From an uncultured Chloroflexia bacterium (GTDB lineage Bacteria > Chloroflexota > Limnocylindria > Limnocylindrales > CSP1-4), in NCBI GenBank assembly GCA_963712585.1, contig CAVQIH010000016.1, forward strand, positions 140,533 through 204,532: a DNA stretch of 64,000 bases, read 5' to 3'. The translations under genes were made by a program, and so were the position numbers. The notes below the pieces were generated by a model. The model worked only from the letters and a program-made list of their open reading frames with translations, was not told the DNA's origin and searched no databases. Of the stretch, positions 40,012-49,755 are shown piece after piece. Every line of letters starts with the position of its first letter. The first letter of the stretch is position 1.

Positions 40012-40935
40012 ATGGCCAAGAGACCCGACGTTGGAGCGAAACGACGCCCGCACGGTTCATCCGATCGCGGCTCCCATGAGCGTGGCGCGGCCCCGCCGGC
40101 GACCGAGCCGCCCCCGGCCCCGAGCGGCGCTGCGAGCCCGCCCGGCGCCGCCCCGTGGCAGCTGCTCGACAACAAGACCTACGAGCGCGAGCTTGCCCGG
40201 CTGCATCTCGAGCTGGTCAAGCTCCAGGAGTGGGTGAAGCTCAAGGGCTTCCGCGTCGTGGTCGTCTTCGAGGGCCGGGACGCCGCCGGCAAGGGCGGCA
40301 CCATCAAGCGGATCGTCGAGCCGCTCAATCCGCGCATCTGCCGCATCGTCGCCCTGCCCGTGCCGACCGAGCGCGAGAGAACGCAGTGGTACTTCCAGCG
40401 TTACGTCGCCCATCTTCCAGCGGCCGGCGAGATCGTCCTCTTCGATCGGAGCTGGTACAACCGCGTCGGCGTGGAGCGAGTCATGGGCTACTGCAGCGAC
40501 GAGGAGGTCCAGGAGTTCTTCCGTTCCTGCCCCGAGTTCGAGCGGATGCTGGTCCGCTCGGGGATCATCCTCGTCAAGTACTGGTTCTCGGTCAGCGACG
40601 AGGAGCAGGAGCGGCGGTTCCAGAGCCGGATCCAGGACCCCACCCGTCGCTGGAAGCTCAGCCCGACCGATCTGGAGTCGCGCGCCCGCTGGGTCGAGTA
40701 CTCCATGGCCAAGGACGACATGTTCGCCCACTGCGACATCAAGCAGGTCCCCTGGTACGTGGTCCGCGCCGACGACAAGAAACGGGCCAGGCTCAACGCG
40801 ATCGCCCACCTGCTGAGCCTGATCCCCTACGAGGACGTCCTGCCCCAGCCGATGAGCCTGCCGCCACGGCACGTCGACAAGGCCTACGTGCGCCCACCCA
40901 TGGAGGACCAGACGTTCGTCCCGGAGATCTACTGA
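40012..40935 (+). CDS. ppk2: Polyphosphate kinase 2
   Basis: VVVFEGRDAAGKGGTIKRI (Walker A), YFQRYVAHLPAAGEIVLFDRSWYNR, ILVKYWFSVSDEEQERRFQSR, RWKLSPTDLESR. Confidence 0.9.
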   Translation: MAKRPDVGAKRRPHGSSDRGSHERGAAPPATEPPPAPSGAASPPGAAPWQLLDNKTYERELARLHLELVKLQEWVKLKGFRVVVVFEGRDAAGKGGTIKRIVEPLNPRICRIVALPVPTERERTQWYFQRYVAHLPAAGEIVLFDRSWYNRVGVERVMGYCSDEEVQEFFRSCPEFERMLVRSGIILVKYWFSVSDEEQERRFQSRIQDPTRRWKLSPTDLESRARWVEYSMAKDDMFAHCDIKQVPWYVVRADDKKRARLNAIAHLLSLIPYEDVLPQPMSLPPRHVDKAYVRPPMEDQTFVPEIY

Positions 40936-40999
40936 GCCACCTGGTCAGGGAAGCCATCGGACCCCGCTGCCCTCGCCCTTGGGGCAAGATTCGGGCGTC

Positions 41000-41428
41000 A
41001 TGAACGACCACGACCACCCTCGGCCGGTTGAGGAGCGCTCGGTCCTCCTGACGACGTGTGCGCGCTTGGTCGGATCGATCGGGATCCTCATCCTCGTCGT
41101 TCTCCTGCCGGCGACGTTCCTGGTGGCGATGGCCTCGCTCGGGCTGACGGACGCGCTCACCGGCTGGGGCAGCCGCGACAGCGTCGTGCTCTCGTTCGCC
41201 CTGGTCGTCGTGCCCGTCGGCTTGGCCCTCGCCGCGGCCCACTTCATCCTGGCCGCCCTGATGCTGGGGCGGCGCTCGCTTCCGGTGGTGGTCGTGGCGC
41301 TCGGGATCCTCGCGACCGCTACCCTCCTGCCGGTCGCCCTGCGGATCGCCTGGCCCCTCGTGTCGCTGACGATCCTCTACGTCGCCTCGTTCCTCCTGAC
41401 CCTGGCGCACCACGACGAGTTCGGCTGA
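41000..41428 (+). CDS. Hypothetical integral membrane protein
   Basis: About 142 aa with four hydrophobic helices. ATG at 41000 lies within ORF 40979-41428. No domain recognised. Confidence 0.5.
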   Translation: MNDHDHPRPVEERSVLLTTCARLVGSIGILILVVLLPATFLVAMASLGLTDALTGWGSRDSVVLSFALVVVPVGLALAAAHFILAALMLGRRSLPVVVVALGILATATLLPVALRIAWPLVSLTILYVASFLLTLAHHDEFG

Positions 41429-41501
41429 GACCCCGATCTTGTGGACGCCAGCCCCCAGGCGTCAACCGCCGGGCTGCCTTGCACCGAATCGGAGCCCGCG
41501 G

Positions 41502-42899
41502 TCACTCCACGCTGAAGGAGCCGACCCCACCACGCAGCTCGATCTCGACGCGATTGGCGGCCGTCCCGAAGTCCGGCGACATCCAGCCGTCGAGGGTCCG
41601 CGGGAAACGCCGCTCGTCGACCCGGGTGTCGCCGAGCGCTACCGTCGAACGAACGCGGGCAGCGACGCCCTCGGGGACCCGGAAACGGATCGTGGTGGCC
41701 CCGCCCTCGGCCTGGACCCAGGTGGCGCCGGCCGCGCGCGGCAGCCGCACGCGGGTCTCGCTGGCGCCCGTCCTGAGCGATAGTGCAGCCAAGCGGGTCT
41801 CGGTCAGGTCCAGCTCCGCCTCCGCCGCACCGGTCTCGACTGAAAGGCGCAGCGGCACCTCGGCCGTCACCCCGACCTGCCAGGTGCGGCCGCCGGTCCA
41901 CGTCCCCAGCGAGCCCCACGTTGAGGCGTCCATCGACAGCCTGATCGCGCCCGGTCCGCCAGGCTGGGGCACGACACCACCCTCGAACGTCCCCTCGACC
42001 AGGCGTCCGGCGGCAGCTGGACCGATCCGCAGGCGTCCGGCCCCGAAACGGATGGCGACCTCGGCATTGCTGGCACCGGCCAGGTCGACCGCGAGCGCGG
42101 GGACGCTGGCAGGACCGGCAGTCCATCCGGGTGTGCTCGGGGCTCCGGAGCCCGGGGTGGCGCCGAGCCCTGGGGCCGGGTGCTCAGGTCCGCTCGCGGA
42201 CGGCGGTTCTCCAGGTGCCATGCTCGCGGTCGGCTGGCCCGGTGCGCCCGGTGTCGCCGGTCCGCCCGGGGTGCCGGAGCCCCCGTGCGGCCAGTCGCTG
42301 CCCCAGCGCCCGCCGCGCCAGCGCTCGCCGTTCCAGAGATCGTCACGCCACCAGCGGCGCGGCATGAAGGCGCCGATCAGGACGAGGACGCCCAAGGCGA
42401 TGACGGCAGCGGGCAGGATGAGACCGCCGAGCGTGCTACCTCGGAGGTCGCTGATGTCGAGGATACCCTCGAAGAAGAGCGCCCCGACCAGGAACAGGAC
42501 CACGCCGACCGACAGGGCGCCCATGCCGCCGCGCACCAGGTCGCGCCTGCCGAAGACGAAGCCGTAGACCAGGAGTGCCAGCCCCACCGATCCCGGGGCG
42601 ATCAGCGCCCAGGCGTAGGCCCAGCTCGCCCAGAGCCCACTGATCGCCTGGGCGAGGAGCAGCGTGCCGGTCGCGGCGACGATGCCGCCGAAGACCGCGA
42701 GCCCCACGCCGGCGGGTTCTCCGATGAGGAAGCCGGCCACGAAGACGACGACCCCGGCGCCGATGACGATGTAGGGCCAGCCGTACCGGCCGACCTCGAA
42801 TCCCGCCCATTGCGCGAGGAGGAAGGCGACACCCAAAGCGATCAGCAGCAGCCCGATCGCGAGCGGACCGCTCCGTCCGTTCCGGTCGTCGTAGCGCAT
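41502..42899 (-). CDS. Membrane protein with N-terminal multi-TM region, Pro/Gly-rich linker and C-terminal LiaF-like / toast-rack beta domain
   Basis: ATG is preceded by GGGGAGG. About 6 TM helices. Linker WRDDLWNGERWRGGRWGSDWPHGGSGTPGGP. C-terminal repetitive beta pattern (AEVAIRFGAGRLRI ... AEAELDLTETRLAALSLRTGASETRVRLP ... IELRGGVGSFSVE). Confidence 0.55.
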   Translation of the reverse strand: MRYDDRNGRSGPLAIGLLLIALGVAFLLAQWAGFEVGRYGWPYIVIGAGVVVFVAGFLIGEPAGVGLAVFGGIVAATGTLLLAQAISGLWASWAYAWALIAPGSVGLALLVYGFVFGRRDLVRGGMGALSVGVVLFLVGALFFEGILDISDLRGSTLGGLILPAAVIALGVLVLIGAFMPRRWWRDDLWNGERWRGGRWGSDWPHGGSGTPGGPATPGAPGQPTASMAPGEPPSASGPEHPAPGLGATPGSGAPSTPGWTAGPASVPALAVDLAGASNAEVAIRFGAGRLRIGPAAAGRLVEGTFEGGVVPQPGGPGAIRLSMDASTWGSLGTWTGGRTWQVGVTAEVPLRLSVETGAAEAELDLTETRLAALSLRTGASETRVRLPRAAGATWVQAEGGATTIRFRVPEGVAARVRSTVALGDTRVDERRFPRTLDGWMSPDFGTAANRVEIELRGGVGSFSVE

Positions 42900-43089
42900 C
42901 TCAGCCTCCCCACACCCGTGCCCCGTACGTCGATGGCCGGACCCTGGGGCGTGCCAGCATCGCCGGGCCGGATCAATGCGCCCGACGCGACGCCGTCAGT
43001 GTAGGCGCCCGCGCCAGCCGGATTCGGCCGGCCGGCCCGATCCGGGCGCGGTGGAGGGGGTGGCCCCGCCGGGCTCCCGGTTGAGCACC

Positions 43090-44394
43090 TCAGGCCCCGC
43101 AGGTCGAGGCCGCCACCGCCCCCGCAAACCGCGCGGCAACCCACCTGAGCGTCTCGATCGTGCGCGCCGAATCGAAGATGGCTGCCCCGTGGCCGACGCC
43201 CGGATAGACGCGGAAGTCCACGCGGTCCCCGGCCGCACAGAGCCGCCCCACCAGCGACCGGGTGCTGGCGATCGGGATCTGCTCGTCGGCGGTGCCCTGC
43301 AGCAGCAGGATCGGCACCTCGACAGTCTCCTGCCCGGGCGTGTTTGCCTCGAGCAGGTCCGGCCACGGCGCACGCTCGAGCAGGACCCGGGGGTCGCCGC
43401 TGAAGACGTCCACGCCGTCGAGCAGCGCCGCGCTGGGGCATACCTCGTCCTGGAGGCGCGTGGCGAGGGTCCGGGCCGCGGAGGTCAGGAACGGCGTCGC
43501 GAGGTCGTAGGTGGCCGCCCAGGCCGAGACCACCATGAGCCCCTCCAGCTGCGCAATCGCCGCGGCCCCCGGCTCCAGCTGGGAGAGGAAGACTTCACGC
43601 AGGTCGCCTGCCGGAGCCGCGGCAACGAGTCCGACCAGGTCGAGCTCGGGTGCATACGATGCGGCGAGCTGCCCAGCCCAGAGCGCGGCATGGCCGCCCT
43701 GCGATGCCCCGAACAGCAGCGTCCGCGGCCCGGCCCCGACCACGGCGAGCTGGTGGGCGGCCCTGACGGCATCGAGGACGGAACGGCCCTCGCTCTCGCC
43801 CACGATGTAGGGATGTGGTCCGGGCGTACCGAGACCCTGGTAGTCGGTGCCGACGACGACGAAGCCGAGCTGGACCACTGGCCAGAGGAACGCCCATTCG
43901 CCCTCGGTGGCCGGCTGGCGACTCGGCGCGCACACGTCGGCCAGACCCACCGTCCCGTGGGCGTAGGCGATGACATTCGCCCCATCGGGAGCGGGCAGCT
44001 CGGGCGCCCCGACCCGCCCGGAGACGACGATCGGCTCACCGGCCAACCCGCTCGAGCGGTAGAGGATCGCCCAGGCGCGGGTTCCACTCGGCGCGGCCAC
44101 CTCCACGGCGCGGAGCAGGTCGCCGGGCTCGCCCGGGGGTAGGGGATCGGGTGGCACGTAGAAGGCGGCCGGTGGCGCAGCGGGCAGCGGTCCGTTCGGT
44201 GCCGACGGGATCGGCACGGACGGGGCTCCCGGGAGGGTCGACGGCGGCGACGTCGGCCGCTCCGACGGGCTCGGATGGGTCTGGCTCACCTGCGGTGAGC
44301 CGGTTGCGGGCCCCCGGGAGGGGCCGTCCGCACAGCCCGTCGCGACAAGGGCGGCGATCAAACCGGCGGTCGCCAGCCCCCGGCCGATCCTCAT
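43090..44394 (-). CDS. Secreted alpha/beta-hydrolase, secretory-lipase (LIP)-like lipoprotein
   Basis: Signal peptide with lipobox (LIAALVATGCADG). Nucleophile elbow LLFGASQGGHAAL. LLLQGTADEQIP. The start overlaps the upstream gene's stop (ATGA, 44391-44394). Confidence 0.65.
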   Translation of the reverse strand: MRIGRGLATAGLIAALVATGCADGPSRGPATGSPQVSQTHPSPSERPTSPPSTLPGAPSVPIPSAPNGPLPAAPPAAFYVPPDPLPPGEPGDLLRAVEVAAPSGTRAWAILYRSSGLAGEPIVVSGRVGAPELPAPDGANVIAYAHGTVGLADVCAPSRQPATEGEWAFLWPVVQLGFVVVGTDYQGLGTPGPHPYIVGESEGRSVLDAVRAAHQLAVVGAGPRTLLFGASQGGHAALWAGQLAASYAPELDLVGLVAAAPAGDLREVFLSQLEPGAAAIAQLEGLMVVSAWAATYDLATPFLTSAARTLATRLQDEVCPSAALLDGVDVFSGDPRVLLERAPWPDLLEANTPGQETVEVPILLLQGTADEQIPIASTRSLVGRLCAAGDRVDFRVYPGVGHGAAIFDSARTIETLRWVAARFAGAVAASTCGA

Positions 44395-44759
44395 CGACGG
44401 GCGGTGCCCGGTTTCGGCGGCAGCGAGCCGGTGTGGGCGATCGACCGCTCGACCCAGGCCGCCAGGCTGTCCGCGTCGTCGACCACGCCCTGGGGCAGGA
44501 CGACGTAGTCGCGCATCGGCCGGCCCGGCATCGGCTCGAAGGCGCGGGCGTCGCCCCGGGCGAGGAGCGCAGTCCGGGCGTCTTCGGGGAGGCGGACGAA
44601 CCAGTCCCCGGCGAAGAGGCCGGTGGCCATGTTGCCGCCCACGAACGCCGCCGGGTAGCCGAACATCGTCCGCACCGTCGCGACCGGGTGCTGCGCCAGG
44701 GTCGTTCTGAACCGGCTGACCAGTTCGGGGGGAGCCTTCTCCATCCTCGGCATCGGCAT
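44391..44759 (-). CDS. TfoX N-terminal-domain protein
   Basis: ATG at 44759 is preceded by GAGGAG. 122 aa. VRTMFGYPAAFVGGNMATGLFAGDWFVRLPED ... FEPMPGRPMRDYVVLP. Confidence 0.65.
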   Translation of the reverse strand: MPMPRMEKAPPELVSRFRTTLAQHPVATVRTMFGYPAAFVGGNMATGLFAGDWFVRLPEDARTALLARGDARAFEPMPGRPMRDYVVLPQGVVDDADSLAAWVERSIAHTGSLPPKPGTARR

Positions 44760-44907
44760 CGGGTTCTCCTCTGCCGGCGATGCTACCGCGTCCAGCCCGG
44801 CGGCGGTCTCACGAACGTCCGGCCGGCCCCAGGCAGGTAGGCGACTGGCGCGGAAGAGCTCGACCGGCTCGGGGCTGGGCTCTTGCCTGGGCAGGTACCA
44901 TCCGCCC

Positions 44908-45483
44908 ATGAGCACGACTCCCACGACCCCCGACCGGCTGCCCTTCACGGGCGATCCCGAAGCCGACCGCCTGCTGGCTTCGGATCCGCTCGCCCTCCTC
45001 ATCGGTTTCACGCTCGACCAGCAGGTTTCGCTCCAGAAGGCCTTCAGCGGCCCGCTGGAGCTGCGGCGGCGGCTAGGCCACCTCGATGCGCGGCGGATCG
45101 CGGCGATGGATCCCATCGAGCTCGACGCGGTCTTTCGGCAGCGGCCGGCGCTCCACCGCTTCCCGGGCAACATGGCCCGACGCTGCCAGGAGCTCTGCGC
45201 CGTCCTGGTCCGCGATTTCGACGGCGATGCGCGTCGCGTGTGGGCCGAGGCCAGGGACGGCCGGGATCTCGAGGCGCGCCTGCTGGCGCTGCCGGGCATC
45301 GGCGAGATGAAGGCCAAGACGCTGATCGCGGTCCTGGGCAAGCGCTTTGGCGTCCGACCGCCCGGTTGGGAGGCGGTCGCCCCGACCCACCCGACGCTGG
45401 GCGACGTGGACTCGCCGGAGGCTCTGGCGCGCTACCAGGCCATGAAACGCGCCTACAAAGCGGAGCTCGCTGCCAAGCGTTAG
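44908..45483 (+). CDS. HhH-GPD-type base-excision DNA repair family protein
   Basis: LLIGFTLDQQVSLQKAF, LLALPGIGEMKAKTLIAVLGKRFG (helix-hairpin-helix). About 190 aa, typical of this actinobacterial-type family. Confidence 0.7.
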   Translation: MSTTPTTPDRLPFTGDPEADRLLASDPLALLIGFTLDQQVSLQKAFSGPLELRRRLGHLDARRIAAMDPIELDAVFRQRPALHRFPGNMARRCQELCAVLVRDFDGDARRVWAEARDGRDLEARLLALPGIGEMKAKTLIAVLGKRFGVRPPGWEAVAPTHPTLGDVDSPEALARYQAMKRAYKAELAAKR

Positions 45484-45546
45484 CCGCGCGTTGCCTCCGC
45501 CGCCACGCAGGCCCCCGGCGGCGCGCAGGCAGCAGGGGCCAGGTCC

Positions 45547-45846
45547 TCAGTCGGCTCGCTCGACGAAGAGCCGCTCGAAGCCCGAATAGGGTCGGAGGGG
45601 GATGACCTCGAAGCTGATCAGGCCAGCCTTCACCAGCGGCAGCGACGAAAGCGCGCGCTCGGCCATGTCCAAGTCAGGGCACTCCAGCAGCAGGACGGCG
45701 TCTGGGCGGTCGTCTCGGAAGTGAATCTCGCGGATAACGCCCTCCTGGTGGAGCTCCCAGACCCGCAGGGCCTCGTCTCGCAGGAGCCGGCCGAAGGCTT
45801 CCGGGTCGGTCCCCGCGACCTCCCTCTCCAGGGCCAGGATTCTCAT
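45547..45846 (-). CDS. Small ferredoxin-like-fold protein, muconolactone-isomerase-like family
   Basis: ATG at 45846 is preceded by GGGAGG. 99 aa. LRDEALRVWELHQEGVIREIHFRDDRPDAVLLLECPDLDMAERALSSLPLVKAGLISFEVIPLRPY. Confidence 0.5.
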   Translation of the reverse strand: MRILALEREVAGTDPEAFGRLLRDEALRVWELHQEGVIREIHFRDDRPDAVLLLECPDLDMAERALSSLPLVKAGLISFEVIPLRPYSGFERLFVERAD

Positions 45847-46068
45847 CGCCTCCCTCAGGGCAGGTGACTCTGGCGCCCACCTGACCTCGGCGGGTCGGGT
45901 TCCGGCGCGAGCCGCGCGGCTGCGTAGCCACGAGGAGGGTACCTCCAACCCGTCGGGCCCTGCGACGCCCTCGAGCTTGGTCCTGGATCTCCCGCCTGGT
46001 GCCTCGGCGCACCGGCCGACCGGCCGCTCGGGCGTGACCCCTCTCTAATCGCTATCGTTCGTTTCACC

Positions 46069-46677
46069 GTGCCGAACCAGCCCCCCAAGGGTCGCCAACG
46101 CCGCTTCGCCCTGCCGGATCTCAACGACGAGCGCGCGCACGCCGGGATCGAGGACTTCATGGCACGTCCGGCGACCCCTGCACCCAACCGGCCGACCCGC
46201 CGGGGATCGGCAACGGTGGCGGTCGTGAGGGCGCCCCTCGAGGCGCTCGACAGCCCACGGGCCTGGCACGACGCGGTCCGGCGCGAGGGGGCTCGGGTAG
46301 CCCGCTACGGACGCTCGGCATCGGTCGTGGTCGTCGAGGTGGTCCCCCGGGAGGACGTTGTACCCGGCCGGCGCCCTTGGACGGAGCGCCTCGCCGAGCC
46401 GATCGCCCACGTGCTCCGCGGCCAGGCCCGCGAGACGGACCGGATCGCCCGGACCACCGAGACGCGCTTCCACGTACTCCTGCCCGAAACGCCAGACGCG
46501 GCCGCTCGGCGCTACGTCGAGCGTGTCCGGACGGCGTGCGACCTGTGGCTGGAAGCGACGGCCGCGCCGGTCCAGCTGCGCGTTGGGCTGGCCAGCACCG
46601 GCGAGGCCGTTTCATTGGCCGACGCCCTCCGCCTGGCCGAGGCGCAGCTCAGCGACTCGATCGTCCGCCTCGCCTGA
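46069..46677 (+). CDS. Degenerate GGDEF-like domain protein (catalytic GGDEF replaced by TETRF)
   Basis: RREGARVARYGRSASVVVVEV ... LRGQARETDRIARTTETRFHVLLPETPDAAARRYVERVR follows the GGDEF-domain layout but lacks the GG(D/E)EF and metal-binding residues. GTG start. Confidence 0.45.
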   Translation: MPNQPPKGRQRRFALPDLNDERAHAGIEDFMARPATPAPNRPTRRGSATVAVVRAPLEALDSPRAWHDAVRREGARVARYGRSASVVVVEVVPREDVVPGRRPWTERLAEPIAHVLRGQARETDRIARTTETRFHVLLPETPDAAARRYVERVRTACDLWLEATAAPVQLRVGLASTGEAVSLADALRLAEAQLSDSIVRLA

Positions 46678-47063
46678 GCGCGCCCGCCAACGGGGCGATC
46701 ACGGGCCGTTCACATTCGGGGTTCAGCATCGTCCTCACTGATACGAGCGCTGGCCGCCCTGGGTTGGGGCATTCCTGACAGATGCTGTCGTGTACGTCCG
46801 GTAGTCTCGGGTTCGGTGGAATGACATCGGACGAAGGAAGGGTGCGTTGATACTGAGCGTGGAATTCATCAGGGCCGTTCACGCCGAGCGGCTCCGCGAA
46901 ATCGACGAAGCCACACGAGCACGCGGCCTCCGCGAGGCGGCCAGGGCGAACGCCGAAGCCGCCAGGGCGGCGGCAGCGCCGCTCATCGACACGGATTGCA
47001 TGGCCGGGCCCGTGCCCGGTGCCGCACGCCGGCGGCCAGCCCAGGCTGGACGCTGAGCCAACC

Positions 47064-48089
47064 TCAGTCGGGGCGCGCGCCGGCACCTCCGGCCGGCGCG
47101 CCGGCCCCGCTCCCCGGTCGGCCGACGCCGTCGTAGCGCTGCACGACCGAGCGGGCTGTCTCGATGATCGCGCGGCGGACCTCGGCTGGCGCGATGACCT
47201 CGACCCGGCCGCCCAGGCGGAGCAGGTCGTTGGCCGCCCACTCGATCGATTCCATTCGCAGGCGGAGGTGGATCCAGCCGTCCGCGTCGGGCGCCTCGAT
47301 TGCCCGCACCGATTCCATGGCCAGGGTCGAGACGGTTGCTTCGAGGGCGCCCATGGCATCGGGATCAACCCGCAGGATGACCTCGACGGAGGGTCGGTTA
47401 CGCTCGTACTCGGCGATGGAGGCCGTCCAGTACGCGCCGAGGTCGAACCCGGCCGGCCGTTCGAAGCGTTCGTCCTGGACGTGGACCTCCTCGACACGCG
47501 AGACGCGGAACGTGCGCTGCTCTCCCTTGGAGATCGCCACCAGGTACCAGGTTCCGCCCTTGAGCACCAGCCCGAGTGGATCGAGCTCCCGCGATTCGAC
47601 CCGCTCGTCCCGCCTGTACCGGACGACGAGCCGGCGACTCTCCCAGACCGCGGTCGCGAGCGCCTCCAGGTGCGGGAGATCCTCGGAGCGGCGAAACCAA
47701 CCGGGGGCGTCGAGATGGAACCGTTCCGCCACCCGGCCAGCACGTGCGCGCAGCTCCGGGGGGAGGGCCGCCAGGACCTTGAGGCGGGCGGCCGTCACCA
47801 CCGTTCCCAGCCCTAGCTCCGCCGCCGGTCCCGGGACCCCCGAGAGGAAGAGCGCTTCGGCCTCCTGGCTCGTCAGCCCGGTGAGCCGGGTCCGGTAGCC
47901 GTCCACGAGGCGGATGCCGCCGGCCGGCCCACGATCCGCGTAGATGGGGACGCCGGCCTCGGAGAGTGCCTCGACGTCGCGGTAGACCGTTCGCACCGAG
48001 ACCTCGAGCTGTTCCGCCAGCTCGGCGCCTGTGAGGCGCCCGCGGGTCTGCAGGAGCAACAACAAGCTGACCAGGCGACTGGCACGCAT
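47064..48089 (-). CDS. YafY-type HTH-WYL-WCX transcriptional regulator
   Basis: RLVSLLLLLQTRGRLTGAELAEQLEVSVRTVYRDVEALSEAGVPIYADRGPAGGIRL (HTH). WYL domain RRLVVRYRRDERVESRELDPLGLVLKGGTWYLVA. Confidence 0.85.
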   Translation of the reverse strand: MRASRLVSLLLLLQTRGRLTGAELAEQLEVSVRTVYRDVEALSEAGVPIYADRGPAGGIRLVDGYRTRLTGLTSQEAEALFLSGVPGPAAELGLGTVVTAARLKVLAALPPELRARAGRVAERFHLDAPGWFRRSEDLPHLEALATAVWESRRLVVRYRRDERVESRELDPLGLVLKGGTWYLVAISKGEQRTFRVSRVEEVHVQDERFERPAGFDLGAYWTASIAEYERNRPSVEVILRVDPDAMGALEATVSTLAMESVRAIEAPDADGWIHLRLRMESIEWAANDLLRLGGRVEVIAPAEVRRAIIETARSVVQRYDGVGRPGSGAGAPAGGAGARPD

Positions 48090-48208
48090 CAGACGTACGG
48101 TACCGCCAATTCCTGACGGGCGGTGTCATGAAATCGACGGACAATCGAGGTCCTCCGGGGTGACGACGCGCGGTAGGCTGTCGCTGAGGGCACGCGAGGG
48201 AGGCGGGC

Positions 48209-49302
48209 GTGATGATCGCCGAGCACGATCCGGGACCCGAGCTCGCCCGCCAGCGGGGCGAGGCGATCGCCGACGTGGCCGCCACGCCGATCGAGACGCC
48301 GGGCGGCGGCACGGTTCGCGTGGGCACGGCTTCCTGGACCGACCCGACCATGACCGCCGCGGGGGTGTTCTATCCGACCGGAGCCGACTCGGCGGAGGAG
48401 CGCCTCCAGTACTACGCTGCGACCTTCCCGGTCGTCGAGATCGATGCGACCTACTACGCCCTTCCGGCGACCCGGACCGCCGAGCTGTGGGTGGCCCGTA
48501 CTCCGCCGGATTTCGTCTTCGATGTGAAGGCCTACGCCCTCATGACCGGCCAGGGAACCGAGACGCGCCGGCTGCCCAAGGCGATCCGCGAAGCGCTCCC
48601 GGAGGACCTCGCGCGCCAAGGCTCGCATCTACGACAAGGATCTGCCCGACGAGCTTCGCGATGCGGTCTGGGCGACGTTCCGCGAGGGCCTGGCCCCGCT
48701 GGCGGACCACGGCCAGCTCGGCTCGATCCTGCTCCAGTACCCGCGCTGGTTCTTCCCATCATCGGAGAACCGCGACGCGATCGAGGAGGCGGCCGGCCGA
48801 CTGCGACGGCTGGCGTTGCACGGTCGAGTTTCGCAACGCGAGCGTGGCTCAACGAGAAGAACGTCGACCGGACGCTTCGTTTCCTGGCCGATCGGAACCT
48901 GCCCCTGGTCATGGTCGACGAGCCGCAGGGCTTCAAGAGCAGCGTCCCGCCGGTCGTGGCGGTCACCTCGAACGGAGCTCGCGATCGTCCGCTTCCATGG
49001 TCGCAATGCCGAGACCTGGGAGGCGCGCGTCGAGAGTCCGGCCGAGCGCTTTCGCTACCTCTACGACGCGATGAGCTAGCCGAATGGGTGCCGCGGATCC
49101 GCCAGATCGCGACGGAGGCTCGCGAGACGCACGTCCTGATGAACAACTGCTATGCGAACTACGGGACGACCAACGCGCGCGAGATCGCCCTGCTCCTCGA
49201 AGAGCTCGAGGGGCCGAACAGAACCGACTGCGGAGCCAAGAAGCGGAGACCTCGCTCCAGGCCGAGCCGGAGCACGCGCCGGCCATACCTGACAAAGGGT
49301 GA
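48209..49302 (+). pseudogene. DUF72-family protein, at least 5 frameshifts (3' end approximate)
   Basis: VRVGTASWTDPT, YYAATFPVVEIDATYYALP, PDFVFDVKAYALMTG | ARIYDKDLPDELRDAVWATFREGLAPLADHGQLGSILLQYPRWF | VEFRNAS | WLNEKNVDRTLRFLADRNLPLVMVDEPQGF | LAIVRFHGRNAETW...RFRYLYD | ELAEWVPRIRQIATEARETHVLMNNCYANYGTTNA. Bars mark frame changes. Confidence 0.7.
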
Positions 49303-49362
49303 CATGAGCAAGGGGGACACTTCGGCGAGGTCACGATCCTGGAGCTCCGGGAGGCCCCGCCC

Positions 49363-49738
49363 ATGCCATCACTCGCCGATCTGGTCGAGCCGCCCGAACT
49401 CCGCCGGCTGGCGGCAGCCGGGGAGCTCGCGGCCGGAACCGCGCTGGCCGACGCGGCAGCGGTCACTCTCGGCGCGTTCGGGCCCCTTCGACGTGACGGG
49501 GACGGTCCTCGACGGCTGGGACGAGCGTGGCGTCGACCTCCGCACCGACGGCCATGCGCTGGCCTGGGCGTGCGACTGCCGGGACGGCACCGTCGGGCTC
49601 TTCTGCCGTCATGCTGTCGCGGTCGCCGTGGTCGGCTGGCGGCGCGCATCGGCGCGTGCCCACGGTCGCCCAGTGAACGGCCGCCATCCATCGACCCGCC
49701 ACGGGACTGCCGCCGCCGCAGACGCGCAGGCCCGCTAG
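49363..49738 (+). pseudogene. SWIM zinc-finger protein, one frameshift
   Basis: ATG is preceded by GGGAGG. MPSLADLVEPPELRRLAAAGELAAGTALADAAAVTLGAFGP, then a frame change at the CCCC run 49483-49486 to FDVTGTVLDGWDERGVDLRTDGHALAWACDCRDGTVGLFCRHAVAVAVVGW (CxC...CxH SWIM signature). Confidence 0.55.
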
Positions 49739-49755
49739 CTCGGAACGCGGCTCTC

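Noticed and set aside
46680-47060. Small ORF 46847-47056 (69 aa, TTG start with GGAAGGG upstream) and an 11-mer GGGCCGTTCAC repeated at 46703 and 46872 in a slightly lower-GC spacer
   Set aside because: The protein is Ala/Arg-rich with no recognisable domain. The repeat is short enough to be chance. Neither is supported well enough to call a gene or a regulatory element.
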